Assembly: GCA_965200545.1 (NCBI GenBank)
Contig: CBDAUJ010000001.1
Coordinates: forward strand, 175,641 to 239,640
DNA: 64,000 nucleotides
Origin: Arenicellales bacterium
Lineage (GTDB): Bacteria; Pseudomonadota; Gammaproteobacteria; Arenicellales; JAJDZL01
Direction: 5' to 3'
Positions 19,601-28,866 of the stretch are shown piece after piece. The position numbers were made by a program, and so were the translations under genes. Below the pieces are notes generated by a model, which saw only the letters and a program-made list of their open reading frames with translations, was not told the origin of the DNA and ran no database searches. How positions within the stretch are numbered: the first letter of the stretch is position 1; each line of letters begins with the position of its first letter.

Positions 19601-19987
19601 ATGCTAAGAAAAATGAATGAGCGTATTCGTATTCTGCTCGGGAGAGACAAGCAAATTGGTCATTTCTGCTTCCTCAATTCGATTTCCGATTTAGAAAAGT
19701 TAGCAGATGTCTTCCAAAATCGAATCATCCCCTTGCTTCAGGAGTATTTTTACGATGACTGGGGGAAGATCGGGACTGTTTTGGGCAACAACAATTTTGT
19801 TGAAGAAATACCAATCGCGAATGAGGAGACGGCAGACATAATGCCTGGAGATTACGAAAATTACCGACTCCTCAGCACCGGCAGTTCAGACTGGAGAAAT
19901 GCCAATCAATACATCCAGATTTACCAAGGTAAACGTGCAGTGACTCGGATTCGTAATGAGCGGAACGATCACGATAAAGGAATATGA
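19601..19987 (+). pseudogene. mcrB: McrB (5-methylcytosine restriction GTPase) C-terminal remnant; the AAA+/GTPase core is missing
   Basis: Only the tail is present (MNERIRILLGRDKQIGHFCF...IIPLLQEYFYDDW). Upstream frames decay into stops within about 100 nt of the preceding gene. The remnant overlaps mcrC by 32 nt, as in intact mcrBC operons. Confidence 0.7.
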
Positions 19988-21179
19988 ATCTTGGCGATTC
20001 GGTTCAAAACTTACTGATGCAGACATTCAGGATTTAAAGCGCGCCGAGAGTTCTGCTTTTACCGTTAGCCACGATTCTCTCAAAGTTCACAAATATGTCG
20101 GTTGTTTTGCCACCAAGAGTGGTACTGTGATTGAGGTTTTGCCCAAATTCAATCTATCGGAAACAAACGAGGAGACTCGCAGCCTGTTGCTACCAATGCT
20201 CCGGCATTGGCGCCATAAAGGTTTTCAAGAACTGAGCAACGGCCAGATTCGCGCGATCAGCAGATTTCCGATGCTGGATGCTTTCATCTATCTGTTCTTG
20301 AATAAAGTCCGGGACATTGCTCGAATCGGTCTCTCAAGAAAGTATGTAGAGATTGAAGAAAATTTGACTCATCTTCGAGGTCGAATATTGTTTCGAGAGA
20401 ACCTCAGAGAAAACATCATGAACCAAGCGATATTCTATATCTTGCATGACGAATTGAGTGAAAATCGACTGGTGAACCACCTGATTCAGAGTGCTCTTCA
20501 AATGTTGCGTGGAAATTTGAATAATGTTGCCGACCCGCAGCTTCTCAATGAAATTACAGCGGCATTCCATGAGGTGCCGATTTCCAAAAATGTTCATGCT
20601 GACTGGGATGCTCACTGCCTGGACCGAACAATGAGTCTGTATCGGCCGGTTATGCAGTGGATTCGTCTGTTTTTATTCCATGAAGGCTTTGCTACTTATT
20701 CAGGGCCGCACGAAAATGTGTCGCTGCTGTTTCCAATGTAAGAAATATTTGAAGACTACGTTGCCTACTGTTTCCGAAAATATCAGAATAAATATGATGT
20801 TCAAATGCAAAGACCAAGAAAATATTTTGCTCGGTCTCAATCTAAAGATGTTTTCCAAATGAGGTCTGATATATCTCTGAAAATCGGTAATACTGTCCGT
20901 TATATTCTTGATGCGAAGTGGAAGAGAATCGACGAAAAAAGCAAAGATGCCAAACATGCGATCGTTCAGTCTGATATGTATCAGCTGTTTGCGTATGGAA
21001 CAAACTATTGTGATTGCACTAAAGTTGCTCTGATTTATCCCGCCACCACTGAGTTTCAGAAGCCACTGGTGCCGTTCAAGTTCCAATACGGAAATTTAGA
21101 GTTGCTCTGTTTGCCGTTCGATGTCAAAGATCCAAAAAACAGTGTTTCCATTGCAATGAATCAGCTGGAAAATGAATAA
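19956..21179 (+). pseudogene. mcrC: McrC restriction endonuclease subunit interrupted by one in-frame TAA (20739-20741)
   Basis: ORFs 19956..20741 and 20805..21179 are in the same frame. Read through the stop, the sequence is LLFPM*EIFEDYVAYCF..., matching the conserved McrC LFPM-E-LFE-YV block. The PD-(D/E)xK motif (ILDAKWK, QSDMYQLFAY) lies downstream of the stop. Confidence 0.75.
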
Positions 21180-21229
21180 TGGAGCCAAAGCGTCGCATTG
21201 GAATTCCATTAGCAGCCGAATCCAGTCAT

Positions 21230-22399
21230 CTAGTATCCGGTCATTTCAAGATAACCATTACCCGAAAACCTGTTCGATCCTTCGGTCACTGTCACATCAA
21301 TCATTCCCTCCCAATAACGGAAAGAGCCATCCCTTTCCTGATTATCTACGACTGCGTCGACGATCAGATTCAAGCCTCTGCTTGGGATCATGATCGACCA
21401 GCCGATCGGATATTGAGCCTGGCTGGCATCACTTTGCCAGGTTCTTTGCGGCTTGAATTCGATTTCATCCGGCCTCAGCACCTCAGTTGTCCCATCGGAG
21501 CTGACCAGTATTCCATATTTGAAACTGGGCATATTCGGATCTTGCTTTCGAACCTGAAACAGCATCATTTCACGATTGTTCTCAAACTGCAGCGAAAACC
21601 AATCCCAGCCGGCATCATCATCGCTGAGAACTGCTGAAAACCACTCATGATCCATCCAGCTGAAACCATAGACTTGCACAGACTGGCCGTTGATCTTCAT
21701 TTCGCCGTGAGTGGCCAGGCGGGTCAGTGAGTAGTAATATGAGGCACTGTCTGTCGTGCTGCTTTTGCGGCTCAATCCGGCTTCGCCTTGCAGCACAACT
21801 GGTTTTTCGCTTTGCAGATGCAGATGAAACGAAAACTCTTCTGAATGTGCCTCGATGGTCAAATCAAGGCACCCCTCACAGGCGCCTTCACGACCTTGGA
21901 CTTGCCACTTTTCCACCCAAACCCGAAACGGCTGCGCCTGCGAGCCGGACAGGTCCAGCGCGCCGCGACCATATTTTTCTGCATGTAAAAGTCGGTTTCC
22001 GGCCGCGTCCGTAATGCCGATATGGGCTAGATAGATCTGATCGCTTGCCCAATTGGATTCCAGCTGCGCCTGGCTCGCTCCAGTCGATCGTCTGAAAATG
22101 GTGAATTGATAGCCGTACCGCCGCTTGTCACTGCCAAAGACATTGCCGGTGAAATACCACCATTCTGATTCAAATTCCAGATGAGAGCCATGGTCTTGCG
22201 GAAACTTAAATGTACGAATTTCTCTTACTTGAGCGAAAGTCTTCTCTGCACTGCCTTGCAAGAAGTCACCAATGGATGCGGTCTCTTGCGTGTATGCATC
22301 AGTTCGTTTTGCATCTGATGCAGAAACTTTCAACGCCATCGCAGCAACTGTTCCGATGACAGTCAGTGCCAGCAGCACTGGCAGTGTTTTGCGGTACAT
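21230..22399 (-). CDS. AttH-like / CrtC-family lipocalin-like exported protein
   Basis: Signal peptide followed by FKFPQDHGSHLEFESEWWYFTGN, typical of the hydroxyneurosporene-synthase/AttH domain. Its ATG shares one nt with the stop of the upstream FtsX permease gene (TGATG). Confidence 0.7.
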   Translation of the reverse strand: MYRKTLPVLLALTVIGTVAAMALKVSASDAKRTDAYTQETASIGDFLQGSAEKTFAQVREIRTFKFPQDHGSHLEFESEWWYFTGNVFGSDKRRYGYQFTIFRRSTGASQAQLESNWASDQIYLAHIGITDAAGNRLLHAEKYGRGALDLSGSQAQPFRVWVEKWQVQGREGACEGCLDLTIEAHSEEFSFHLHLQSEKPVVLQGEAGLSRKSSTTDSASYYYSLTRLATHGEMKINGQSVQVYGFSWMDHEWFSAVLSDDDAGWDWFSLQFENNREMMLFQVRKQDPNMPSFKYGILVSSDGTTEVLRPDEIEFKPQRTWQSDASQAQYPIGWSIMIPSRGLNLIVDAVVDNQERDGSFRYWEGMIDVTVTEGSNRFSGNGYLEMTGY

Positions 22400-24894
22400 C
22401 AGTCGCTGTACGCCAGCTTTCTGGCGACTTTTGTGGATAGAAAGTAAGCCGGAATCAAGCCGGCCAGCAGTGCGGACCCGCTTGCCAGAAAAACCGCATC
22501 GCTGAGCAGTCTGGTGTCAATGATCAGTTGCATTGTCCAGCCGAAAGAACGCTGATTGATAACCCAGATCAGCAGCCATGACAGCATCAGTCCGACTGGA
22601 ATCGACAGCAGGCCGGCAAACAGTCCCATAAAAAACGATTCAATACTCGCCGAGCTCCAAATCTGTCTCGCGGTAAAGCCAATCGCATGCTGCACCTGCA
22701 GTTCCCGGACGCGATCAATCTGCATCATTGCCAAGACCGCAAGAACGGCAATGACGGCAACAATCACAGCCAGCACGCGAAGTACGGCGGTGATCGCAAA
22801 GGTTTGATCGAACACATTCATTGTTTCGTCGCGCAGGCTGCGGGCATTCCAGATTTGGGCATCCTGTGTCGAGAAAATTTTCGCAACAGCTGATTGCACG
22901 GCGCCCAAGTCTGCATCATCTTGCAGGAAGAGCGCCACTGAATTTATCGTGTCGTCTTCAAAGTTTGCCAGATAAACGTCACGATGCATAGAGATCACAC
23001 CGCGGTCTGAGCTGTAGTCGTGGTAAATCCCCAGCACCGGCAGCCGCGCAGTCGCTCGCGGCGTGGAGTATTCCAGTACATCCCCGATGGATACGCCATG
23101 GTGCCAGGCGTAGGGTTCGCTGACGATAATGCCATCATTCTGGAAGCGATCCCAAATGAGCGGCGCCTGTTCCTTGAATTGGTAGCCATCAAACGCCTGC
23201 TTGCTGTAGTCTACTGCAAAGGCTCTGACCTTGTTATTTGATTCTTGCAGCCAGGTCCAGTTCGCGACTCCCACAAACTGCATCTCAGGGATGGCTTGCA
23301 GCTGTGCAATTTCTGCATCGGTGAAGCTTGCGCCATAGCCGCGCGTCGACACATAAAAGTCCGCCCGCAGCCGGTCAGTCACCCAGCCGTCGACGGCGAT
23401 GCGAAAACTGTGGATCATTGCGCCTACGCCTATGGTGGCTGAAATCGCAATGCATAGCGCACAAATCGCAACGGAAGTTCTGCCGCCGGACAGGACCAAT
23501 GCGCGACTCGCCAGTACCCCGCGCACACCGAAGATGCGCTTGGTGCCAGCGCGTGCTGCGCTCCCCAGCCATTTGCAAAAAACTGGGATAAAGCACATGT
23601 AGGCAGCGATGAAAAAGTAAATGCCGATGAAACCAGCTGCGATGCCAGTGGCATTGAGGCGTAATGTCATCGCCCCCAAGAGACTGAACCCGGCACAGGC
23701 AGCGACTGCGAGACCAAAGCGACTGCGCGGTGCAACGGTGCCGGTGCGATAGGATCCGAAAGAAGGCTGAATGATTCGCGTCATCTGCAATGCAGGTAAC
23801 GTTGCAATCAGTGTCGCCGCGATGCCGATGCCGGCAACAATCAGGATATTTGCAGTCGAGATGATGGGTATTTCTGCTCGAATCGGGAAATAAAGGTTGG
23901 CAATCGATCGCTCGACCATGGCGAGGAGTGTCTCGGCCAGCTCAATGCCGGCAATGATGCCGATGACCGAGGCTGCAGCCCCCAAACACAGTGCCTCAAG
24001 TGCAAGCGTCGCCATAGCTTGGCGATGCGTGACACCAACCGCTTGCAGAAGTGCGATGCTGGTCTGACGCCGCATCACTAGAAAAGTCATGGTGTTGTAG
24101 AGGAGAAACAAAGCAACAAGCAAGGTCAGCAGACTCATTGCGGTCAGATTGGTCTCGAATGCTTTGGTGACCGAAGCAATCGACTGTCTGCGGCTGTTTT
24201 GCCCGTTCATGCGAACGCTTTCGGGAAGGATGCTTTCGACAGTCAGGACATCCTCTGCATTCTCAAGCTGCAGTTGAATTGATGAGAGCTGGCCTCGCAT
24301 ATTCAAAATAGTCTGTGCAACCGCGATATCGGTGAGCAAGATGCCAGTCAGTGACTGCTCTTCAATCGGGTTGCTCGTCTCAAGCACGGCGGTCAATGCA
24401 ACTTCATAAGTTTGTCGTCCGTATCGTACTGCAATGTGCTGGCCAAGTTTGATTCCGAGTTGCTCAAGCGTTTGAGGGGTGGCAAAAGCACTGAGGGCAT
24501 GATCGAAAAGCTCCATCACGTTTTCGGATGCCATGCGGTTCGCATCGGTCTGACCCTGGAACTGGAGGTTGGCAATTGGATCAATCCCCACGATCGTGGC
24601 CGACTGACCTGTTGCTGCGATGAGAACCTGGCCGCGCACGATGGGCTGCATTGGATAGGGGAGGGAAAGTTTCAGCGCTTGATACAGATCATCGCTCACA
24701 TTGTCGGTGATAATATGGGTTGCAGATTCTTCGATTGCGCCGGCCGCTGCAATGAAACTTGTGCGAGCGCTGTGATTTGCGACGTTCACGGCGACAATGG
24801 CAGCGATGCCGAGTGCGACGCCGAGCACCGACAGGGTCGATTGCAAAGGAGAGCGAATGACCTCCCTCAGCCAGGCGACTAGAACGAGCTTCAA
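22399..24894 (-). CDS. ABC transporter permease with two FtsX/MacB-type domains
   Basis: 831 aa with duplicated 4-TM FtsX-like modules separated by large periplasmic regions. It sits between an ABC ATPase and the AttH-like gene (attEFGH-type operon). Confidence 0.85.
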   Translation of the reverse strand: MKLVLVAWLREVIRSPLQSTLSVLGVALGIAAIVAVNVANHSARTSFIAAAGAIEESATHIITDNVSDDLYQALKLSLPYPMQPIVRGQVLIAATGQSATIVGIDPIANLQFQGQTDANRMASENVMELFDHALSAFATPQTLEQLGIKLGQHIAVRYGRQTYEVALTAVLETSNPIEEQSLTGILLTDIAVAQTILNMRGQLSSIQLQLENAEDVLTVESILPESVRMNGQNSRRQSIASVTKAFETNLTAMSLLTLLVALFLLYNTMTFLVMRRQTSIALLQAVGVTHRQAMATLALEALCLGAAASVIGIIAGIELAETLLAMVERSIANLYFPIRAEIPIISTANILIVAGIGIAATLIATLPALQMTRIIQPSFGSYRTGTVAPRSRFGLAVAACAGFSLLGAMTLRLNATGIAAGFIGIYFFIAAYMCFIPVFCKWLGSAARAGTKRIFGVRGVLASRALVLSGGRTSVAICALCIAISATIGVGAMIHSFRIAVDGWVTDRLRADFYVSTRGYGASFTDAEIAQLQAIPEMQFVGVANWTWLQESNNKVRAFAVDYSKQAFDGYQFKEQAPLIWDRFQNDGIIVSEPYAWHHGVSIGDVLEYSTPRATARLPVLGIYHDYSSDRGVISMHRDVYLANFEDDTINSVALFLQDDADLGAVQSAVAKIFSTQDAQIWNARSLRDETMNVFDQTFAITAVLRVLAVIVAVIAVLAVLAMMQIDRVRELQVQHAIGFTARQIWSSASIESFFMGLFAGLLSIPVGLMLSWLLIWVINQRSFGWTMQLIIDTRLLSDAVFLASGSALLAGLIPAYFLSTKVARKLAYSD

Positions 24895-24898
24895 CGGA

Positions 24899-25573
24899 TT
24901 ATTGCGAGGTTAGCTGGCCTGATTGCAGATGCCACCTGCAATCGCTGCTTTGGGCGATTTCTTTGCTGTGTGTGACCATTATGACGGTGGATTCGCGGCT
25001 CGCTTCCCGCAGCGTTTCCATGACTCCCTGGGCTGTCTGATCATCAAGATTGCCTGTCGGCTCATCGGCCAAGATCAAGATCGGCTGATGCACAATCGCT
25101 CGCGCAATCGCAACTCGTTGCTGCTCGCCGCCTGAGAGTGATGATGGATAGCTGCCATGCCGACTGCCGAGTCCCACGCGCTCAAGCATTGCATCAACCC
25201 TCGCTTTTCGGTTTGGCAGATTATTCAATTCCAGCGGCAGCAATACGTTCTCAGCGACAGTCAGCGAGGGGATCAGATTGAAGAACTGAAAAATGATGCC
25301 GATATGGCGGCGGCGCAATAGTGTACGCTCGGTTCGTTGCAAAGAGCTGACAGGAGTATTGGCAACCATAATTGTGCCTTTATCAGGAATATCAATACCG
25401 CAGATGAGATTGAGCAGAGTTGATTTTCCTGAGCCGCTGCGGCCGGTGATGACATGAATTGAGTCGGCTTTGAATGCAGCGTCTGCGTTGATCAGGACAT
25501 TGCGCGTGATATTGCCTTCGAGGAAAGCTTTGTGCACGTTTGAAATGGCAACAGCACAAGAATCGGCGGTCAT
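24899..25573 (-). CDS. ABC transporter ATP-binding protein (MacB/LolD-like)
   Basis: Walker A GRSGSGKST, signature LSGGEQQR, Walker B ILILADEPTG. The ATG at 25573 (MTADSCAVAISNV..) gives the usual length of about 224 aa. The longer ORF to 25720 has no homology and runs into the next gene. Confidence 0.92.
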   Translation of the reverse strand: MTADSCAVAISNVHKAFLEGNITRNVLINADAAFKADSIHVITGRSGSGKSTLLNLICGIDIPDKGTIMVANTPVSSLQRTERTLLRRRHIGIIFQFFNLIPSLTVAENVLLPLELNNLPNRKARVDAMLERVGLGSRHGSYPSSLSGGEQQRVAIARAIVHQPILILADEPTGNLDDQTAQGVMETLREASRESTVIMVTHSKEIAQSSDCRWHLQSGQLTSQ

Positions 25574-25716
25574 TGTTTGGGAAATCAAATCTTCGCCTCT
25601 TAGGTGTTGAGTTTTCGGAAAGCAGTGCGGCGATTGCAACTGAGCCGAGGCTACTTGCTGATTCGTGAACCTGCAAGGAAAATACAGATATTGCAAAGCT
25701 CGGCTTGGAGCTGATC

Positions 25717-27276
25717 TCACATGCCCCAGACGGTCACCTTGCGGCTGCCGGCTGACGCCTCGCGCCGGAACACCTTCTCATCCCAGGAGCGCCGCTCCGC
25801 GCGGTCGAAGACCACCAGATGGCCAGCGGCCGCCCCGCATCGCTCCATGTAGCCGCCAAGCTGAGCCAGGCCCTCCCCGATCGTGCGCTCCAGGCCGCCG
25901 CGGCGCACCTTGCACTCGATCACCTCCCTTTGCCGCTGCGGACCCCACTCGACCAGCAGGTCGGTGCGCATCCTTCCCAGCCCGTACTCGCGCTCGATGC
26001 GCCCGCCGGCGTTGACCACCCGCTGCAGAAAAGCCTGCAGCATCAGCTGCGGCCCCGCCTCCTTATAGTCAAAGCGCTCCACCCAGCGCTCGGAGTGCTC
26101 TCTGAAGAAAGACTGGAACGACTCCATCAGCCGGTCCATGATCAGCTGTCCGTCCTCGACAAACCAGGCGGTCTCGTGCGGGATGAACCAGTCGGCATCG
26201 GTGACCAGCTCGCGCGGAATCACCTCGCGGTAGATGGCGTTGGCGATGCGCACCGGCTTGTCCGGCGCGATCAGCCCCAGGTCCCGCACATACTGCACAT
26301 CGTCGGGCTGGAACGGCTCCGTCTCAGCGCCGCTGCTGACCAAGAGCTCGATGACCCGCCTGACGCGGGGCTCGCGCAGCTTGTCCGCCAGCTGGTCCAG
26401 ATGCGTGTCGCGGCGCAGGATCAGCGCCTCGCGCGCATCGATCACATCATCGTGCCCAATGGTCACACTGCGGTCCCTCACTTTCTTCAGCGCCTCGGCG
26501 GCCAGCGCATTGACCAGCCACGGCTGGCCTGCGGTGGAGTCCCATACCTCGGCCAGCGCCGCCGCGCTCCACTTCTGTCCGGTGTGTTCGGTGTGCTGGC
26601 GCAGCAGGGCGCGGGTCTCGGCTTCGGTGAAGTCGCCCATCCGCAGCGACTCGGCCTTGATGTTGAAGGCGCTGCCGCCGGTGATCACCGCCTTCTCGGC
26701 GGCGGAGTGGATGCGGTAGTCTCTGACATCGCGGATGCCGCACAGGATTACGCACTGCGGAAAGTGCCGCGGCCGCTCGGCATAGCCGGCGCGCAGCTGG
26801 CGCAGCACCGAGATCAGCGTGTCGCCGACCAGAGCGTCGATCTCATCGATCATCACCACCAGCGGCTTTGTTTCGGCCGCCGCCCAGCGGACCAGCAACT
26901 GCTGCAAGGCGCCATGGGCGCCATACGCATCCAGGATATCAGACCACGTGTCAAGTTCCAAAGCATCGCCATGGCAAATCAGCGCTTCTGTAGTCAGTGC
27001 GCCCAGAATCGCCTGCATTGCGACATGCACGTTTTCCCGCGCGGCCTGCGCCGGCTCGACATTGGCATACAGGGCGCGATAGCGATGGGATTCGTTCAGC
27101 TCATCGCGCAAGGCGCGCAGCGCCGAGGTCTTGCCGGTCTGGCGCGGCGCGTGCAGGATGAAGTACTTCCAGCTCTCGATCAGGCCAAAGACCTCATCGC
27201 GGTCCACGCGGTCCAAAGGCGCAATGTGATAGTTGTTTTCCGGCACAACCGGGCCGGCAGTGTTGAAAAATCGCAT
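25717..27276 (-). CDS. AAA-ATPase fused to a C-terminal PD-(D/E)xK nuclease-like domain (AAA-ATPase_like + PDDEXK_9 architecture); intact
   Basis: 519 aa. The N-terminus is MRFFNTAGPVVPENNYHIAPLDR. Walker A is APRQTGKTS and Walker B is VVMIDEID. The C-terminus has ..RTDLLV...REVIECKV. The gene is visibly much more GC-rich than its neighbours. Confidence 0.75.
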   Translation of the reverse strand: MRFFNTAGPVVPENNYHIAPLDRVDRDEVFGLIESWKYFILHAPRQTGKTSALRALRDELNESHRYRALYANVEPAQAARENVHVAMQAILGALTTEALICHGDALELDTWSDILDAYGAHGALQQLLVRWAAAETKPLVVMIDEIDALVGDTLISVLRQLRAGYAERPRHFPQCVILCGIRDVRDYRIHSAAEKAVITGGSAFNIKAESLRMGDFTEAETRALLRQHTEHTGQKWSAAALAEVWDSTAGQPWLVNALAAEALKKVRDRSVTIGHDDVIDAREALILRRDTHLDQLADKLREPRVRRVIELLVSSGAETEPFQPDDVQYVRDLGLIAPDKPVRIANAIYREVIPRELVTDADWFIPHETAWFVEDGQLIMDRLMESFQSFFREHSERWVERFDYKEAGPQLMLQAFLQRVVNAGGRIEREYGLGRMRTDLLVEWGPQRQREVIECKVRRGGLERTIGEGLAQLGGYMERCGAAAGHLVVFDRAERRSWDEKVFRREASAGSRKVTVWGM

Positions 27277-27284
27277 GATCTCGG

Positions 27285-27290
27285 ATTATA
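27285..27290 (-). promoter_or_regulatory. Candidate -10 box (TATAAT) only 8 nt upstream of the ATPase ATG; suggests a leaderless or very short-leader mRNA
   Basis: The minus strand reads ...GGTATAATCCGAGATC-ATG. There is no Shine-Dalgarno sequence between the box and the start. Confidence 0.3.
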
Positions 27291-27378
27291 CCGTTCGCAA
27301 CTCGCCGACAATCGTGACTGCAAGATCAACCGAAACGAAAAATCAGCAGGATTGGTTCAATAGTGTATTTTTACACAT

Positions 27379-28042
27379 TCAAGTCTCAATGTTATTTGGA
27401 CAATGTCGATCAATTGCAGCCTCCAGATCATCCGGATCGAAAATGATATCTTCGCACCAAACGCCGAAACCTCCATCAGTATTGACCGCTGTCACCCACT
27501 CTTGCAGGAATTTTCTTTTCAGATTAGCCTCTTCAGTGTCTATCCCTTTTACTTCCATTACAAGAGTCTTGTCATTTTTCAGCCTGACTATGAAATCTGG
27601 ACGATATTTCTTGACCACTCCGCCAGATGCATAGCTAATGTCGAAACCCAAATGATCGTTCTTTGCCCATGCCATTACATTTTCTTTTCGGTCTAATTTT
27701 GAGGCAGCAGTCTTCTCCCATGTGCTGTCATATACACAGAAATTGATGTGACTTCGAGCAGTGAGGGCACATGGCTTGCTTGTCAGTCCAATGCTCAAGC
27801 AGTCTTTTTGTGATGCCGGTTACGCTTGGGTAATTGAGAAATCGCCAGTTTTTTACATGGGTGCGAATCTTGTTGACAAGAGGAATTTCCTTAAACTCGC
27901 CTGGATCATCAAATGAATCTGCTGAGTCGGATGCGATTAGATGTCCAGCTGGTCGGCGCCTTGGAACCTCATCAAACAGTTGGCTGTCCCGGTTATAGTT
28001 CCAGTATCGGCTTGGTCCCAGCTAGGGTGAGTTGATAATCAA
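27379..28042 (-). pseudogene. Type III-like restriction enzyme Res/helicase subunit remnant: the N-terminal ~80 aa joined to the C-terminal ~130 aa, with the helicase core deleted and an in-frame TAG
   Basis: The N-terminal part reads (L)IINSP*LGPSRYWNYNRD...PLVNKIRTHVKNWRFLNYP.VTGITKRLLEHW, with the TAG at 28022-28024 where homologues have Tyr. The C-terminal part (ORF 27379..27798) reads SHINFCVYDSTWE...AWAKNDHLGF.ISY...YRPDFIV...LVMEVKG. The two parts are in different frames and join at about 27750-27790. Confidence 0.7.
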
Positions 28043-28251
28043 TCAGTCGATTGTTTTCCTTGCCGTCAGACAACCTTTGACAATATTCAGTTCAGATGGG
28101 AAAGTTCGAGGACAAGATACAAGTCGCAATATCGGTTGAAGCGATACTTGAAACGTATAACGGCCGAGCAAAGGCGGGATAGGATGACTCCCGCTGCGGT
28201 TCCTGTGAAGTGGAAGAAAATATACTTGGAAAGAAATGTTGCTCACACCTG

Positions 28252-28663
28252 TCATTTCATCAGCATGACGTATCCCTTTTGCTCAAAGTGATGATCTGCA
28301 GTCAATACCCGAGCGATTGACTCATGCTTTATTACGCTCATGGATATGCAGTCCTGCAGACTGTAAGTCCTTGTCTTTTCTTTCTCTGAATAACTGCGAA
28401 CCAAACATGAACAATTCCCGAGATTGGTCAAAAACCTTGAATTGCGAGTCACTTAATACCGGATCGATAATGCGCGCCGCTGCTTGGCGCAGTATGGGGC
28501 TATGTTTCGATATTGCAGTGAGGAATTCCGATAAAACCTCGTCGGTCTTTACAAATTGCACGTCATCTGATTTTGATCTTGCTTGGCGAGCCGATTGATG
28601 CTGCTGATTTCTAGGATTCGCAATTGCGATCAAATAGGACGTATCGACGAATACCTTCTTCAT
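28252..28663 (-). pseudogene. vapC: PIN-domain toxin (VapC-like), frameshifted
   Basis: ORF 28322..28663 carries the N-terminal half (MKKVFVDTSYLIAI...). ORF 28252..28452 carries the C-terminal half in the +1 frame (..YSLQDCISMSVIKHESIARVLTADHHFEQKGY). Removing one base in the A/G-rich run at 28366-28390 gives a 136-aa PIN protein. Confidence 0.8.
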
Positions 28664-28866
28664 TCATGCTCTTTTTCGTAAAGATAGTAATCAAGATTTT
28701 CGATCAGATTCGGCGGGAGTTTCGCCCATTCCTCATCAGGAACCTCACTTGCGATCTTGTCGACTTTTTCTTCAAAATTCGGTTTTGATGCATCAAAATC
28801 ATTTGAAGAATTTGATGCGATCGCCTCATCGATCAGTTTCAAGCTTTCGATGCCCCTGTTAATCAA
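28660..28866 (-). CDS. Putative antitoxin partner of the PIN toxin
   Basis: 68-codon ORF whose stop overlaps the vapC ATG (ATGA). The tail is acidic (..VPDEEWAKLPPNLIENLDYYLYEKEHE). There is no ATG or GTG anywhere in the ORF; the only candidate starts are TTG at 28866 and 28842. Confidence 0.45.
   Translation of the reverse strand: MINRGIESLKLIDEAIASNSSNDFDASKPNFEEKVDKIASEVPDEEWAKLPPNLIENLDYYLYEKEHE

Noticed and set aside
25819-27363. 514-codon ORF on the plus strand
   Set aside because: It lies exactly antisense to the GC-rich ATPase-nuclease gene. Its sequence is a low-complexity mix rich in R, A, L, Q, G and P with no motifs, which is the typical shadow ORF of a high-GC gene. The minus-strand product has Walker A, Walker B and nuclease motifs.
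28043-28255. 70-codon minus-strand ORF between vapC and res
   Set aside because: Its composition is odd and I recognise no homology. It happens to be in frame with the res remnant start and ends at a TGA immediately before it. It most likely represents the untranslated spacer or promoter of the former res gene.
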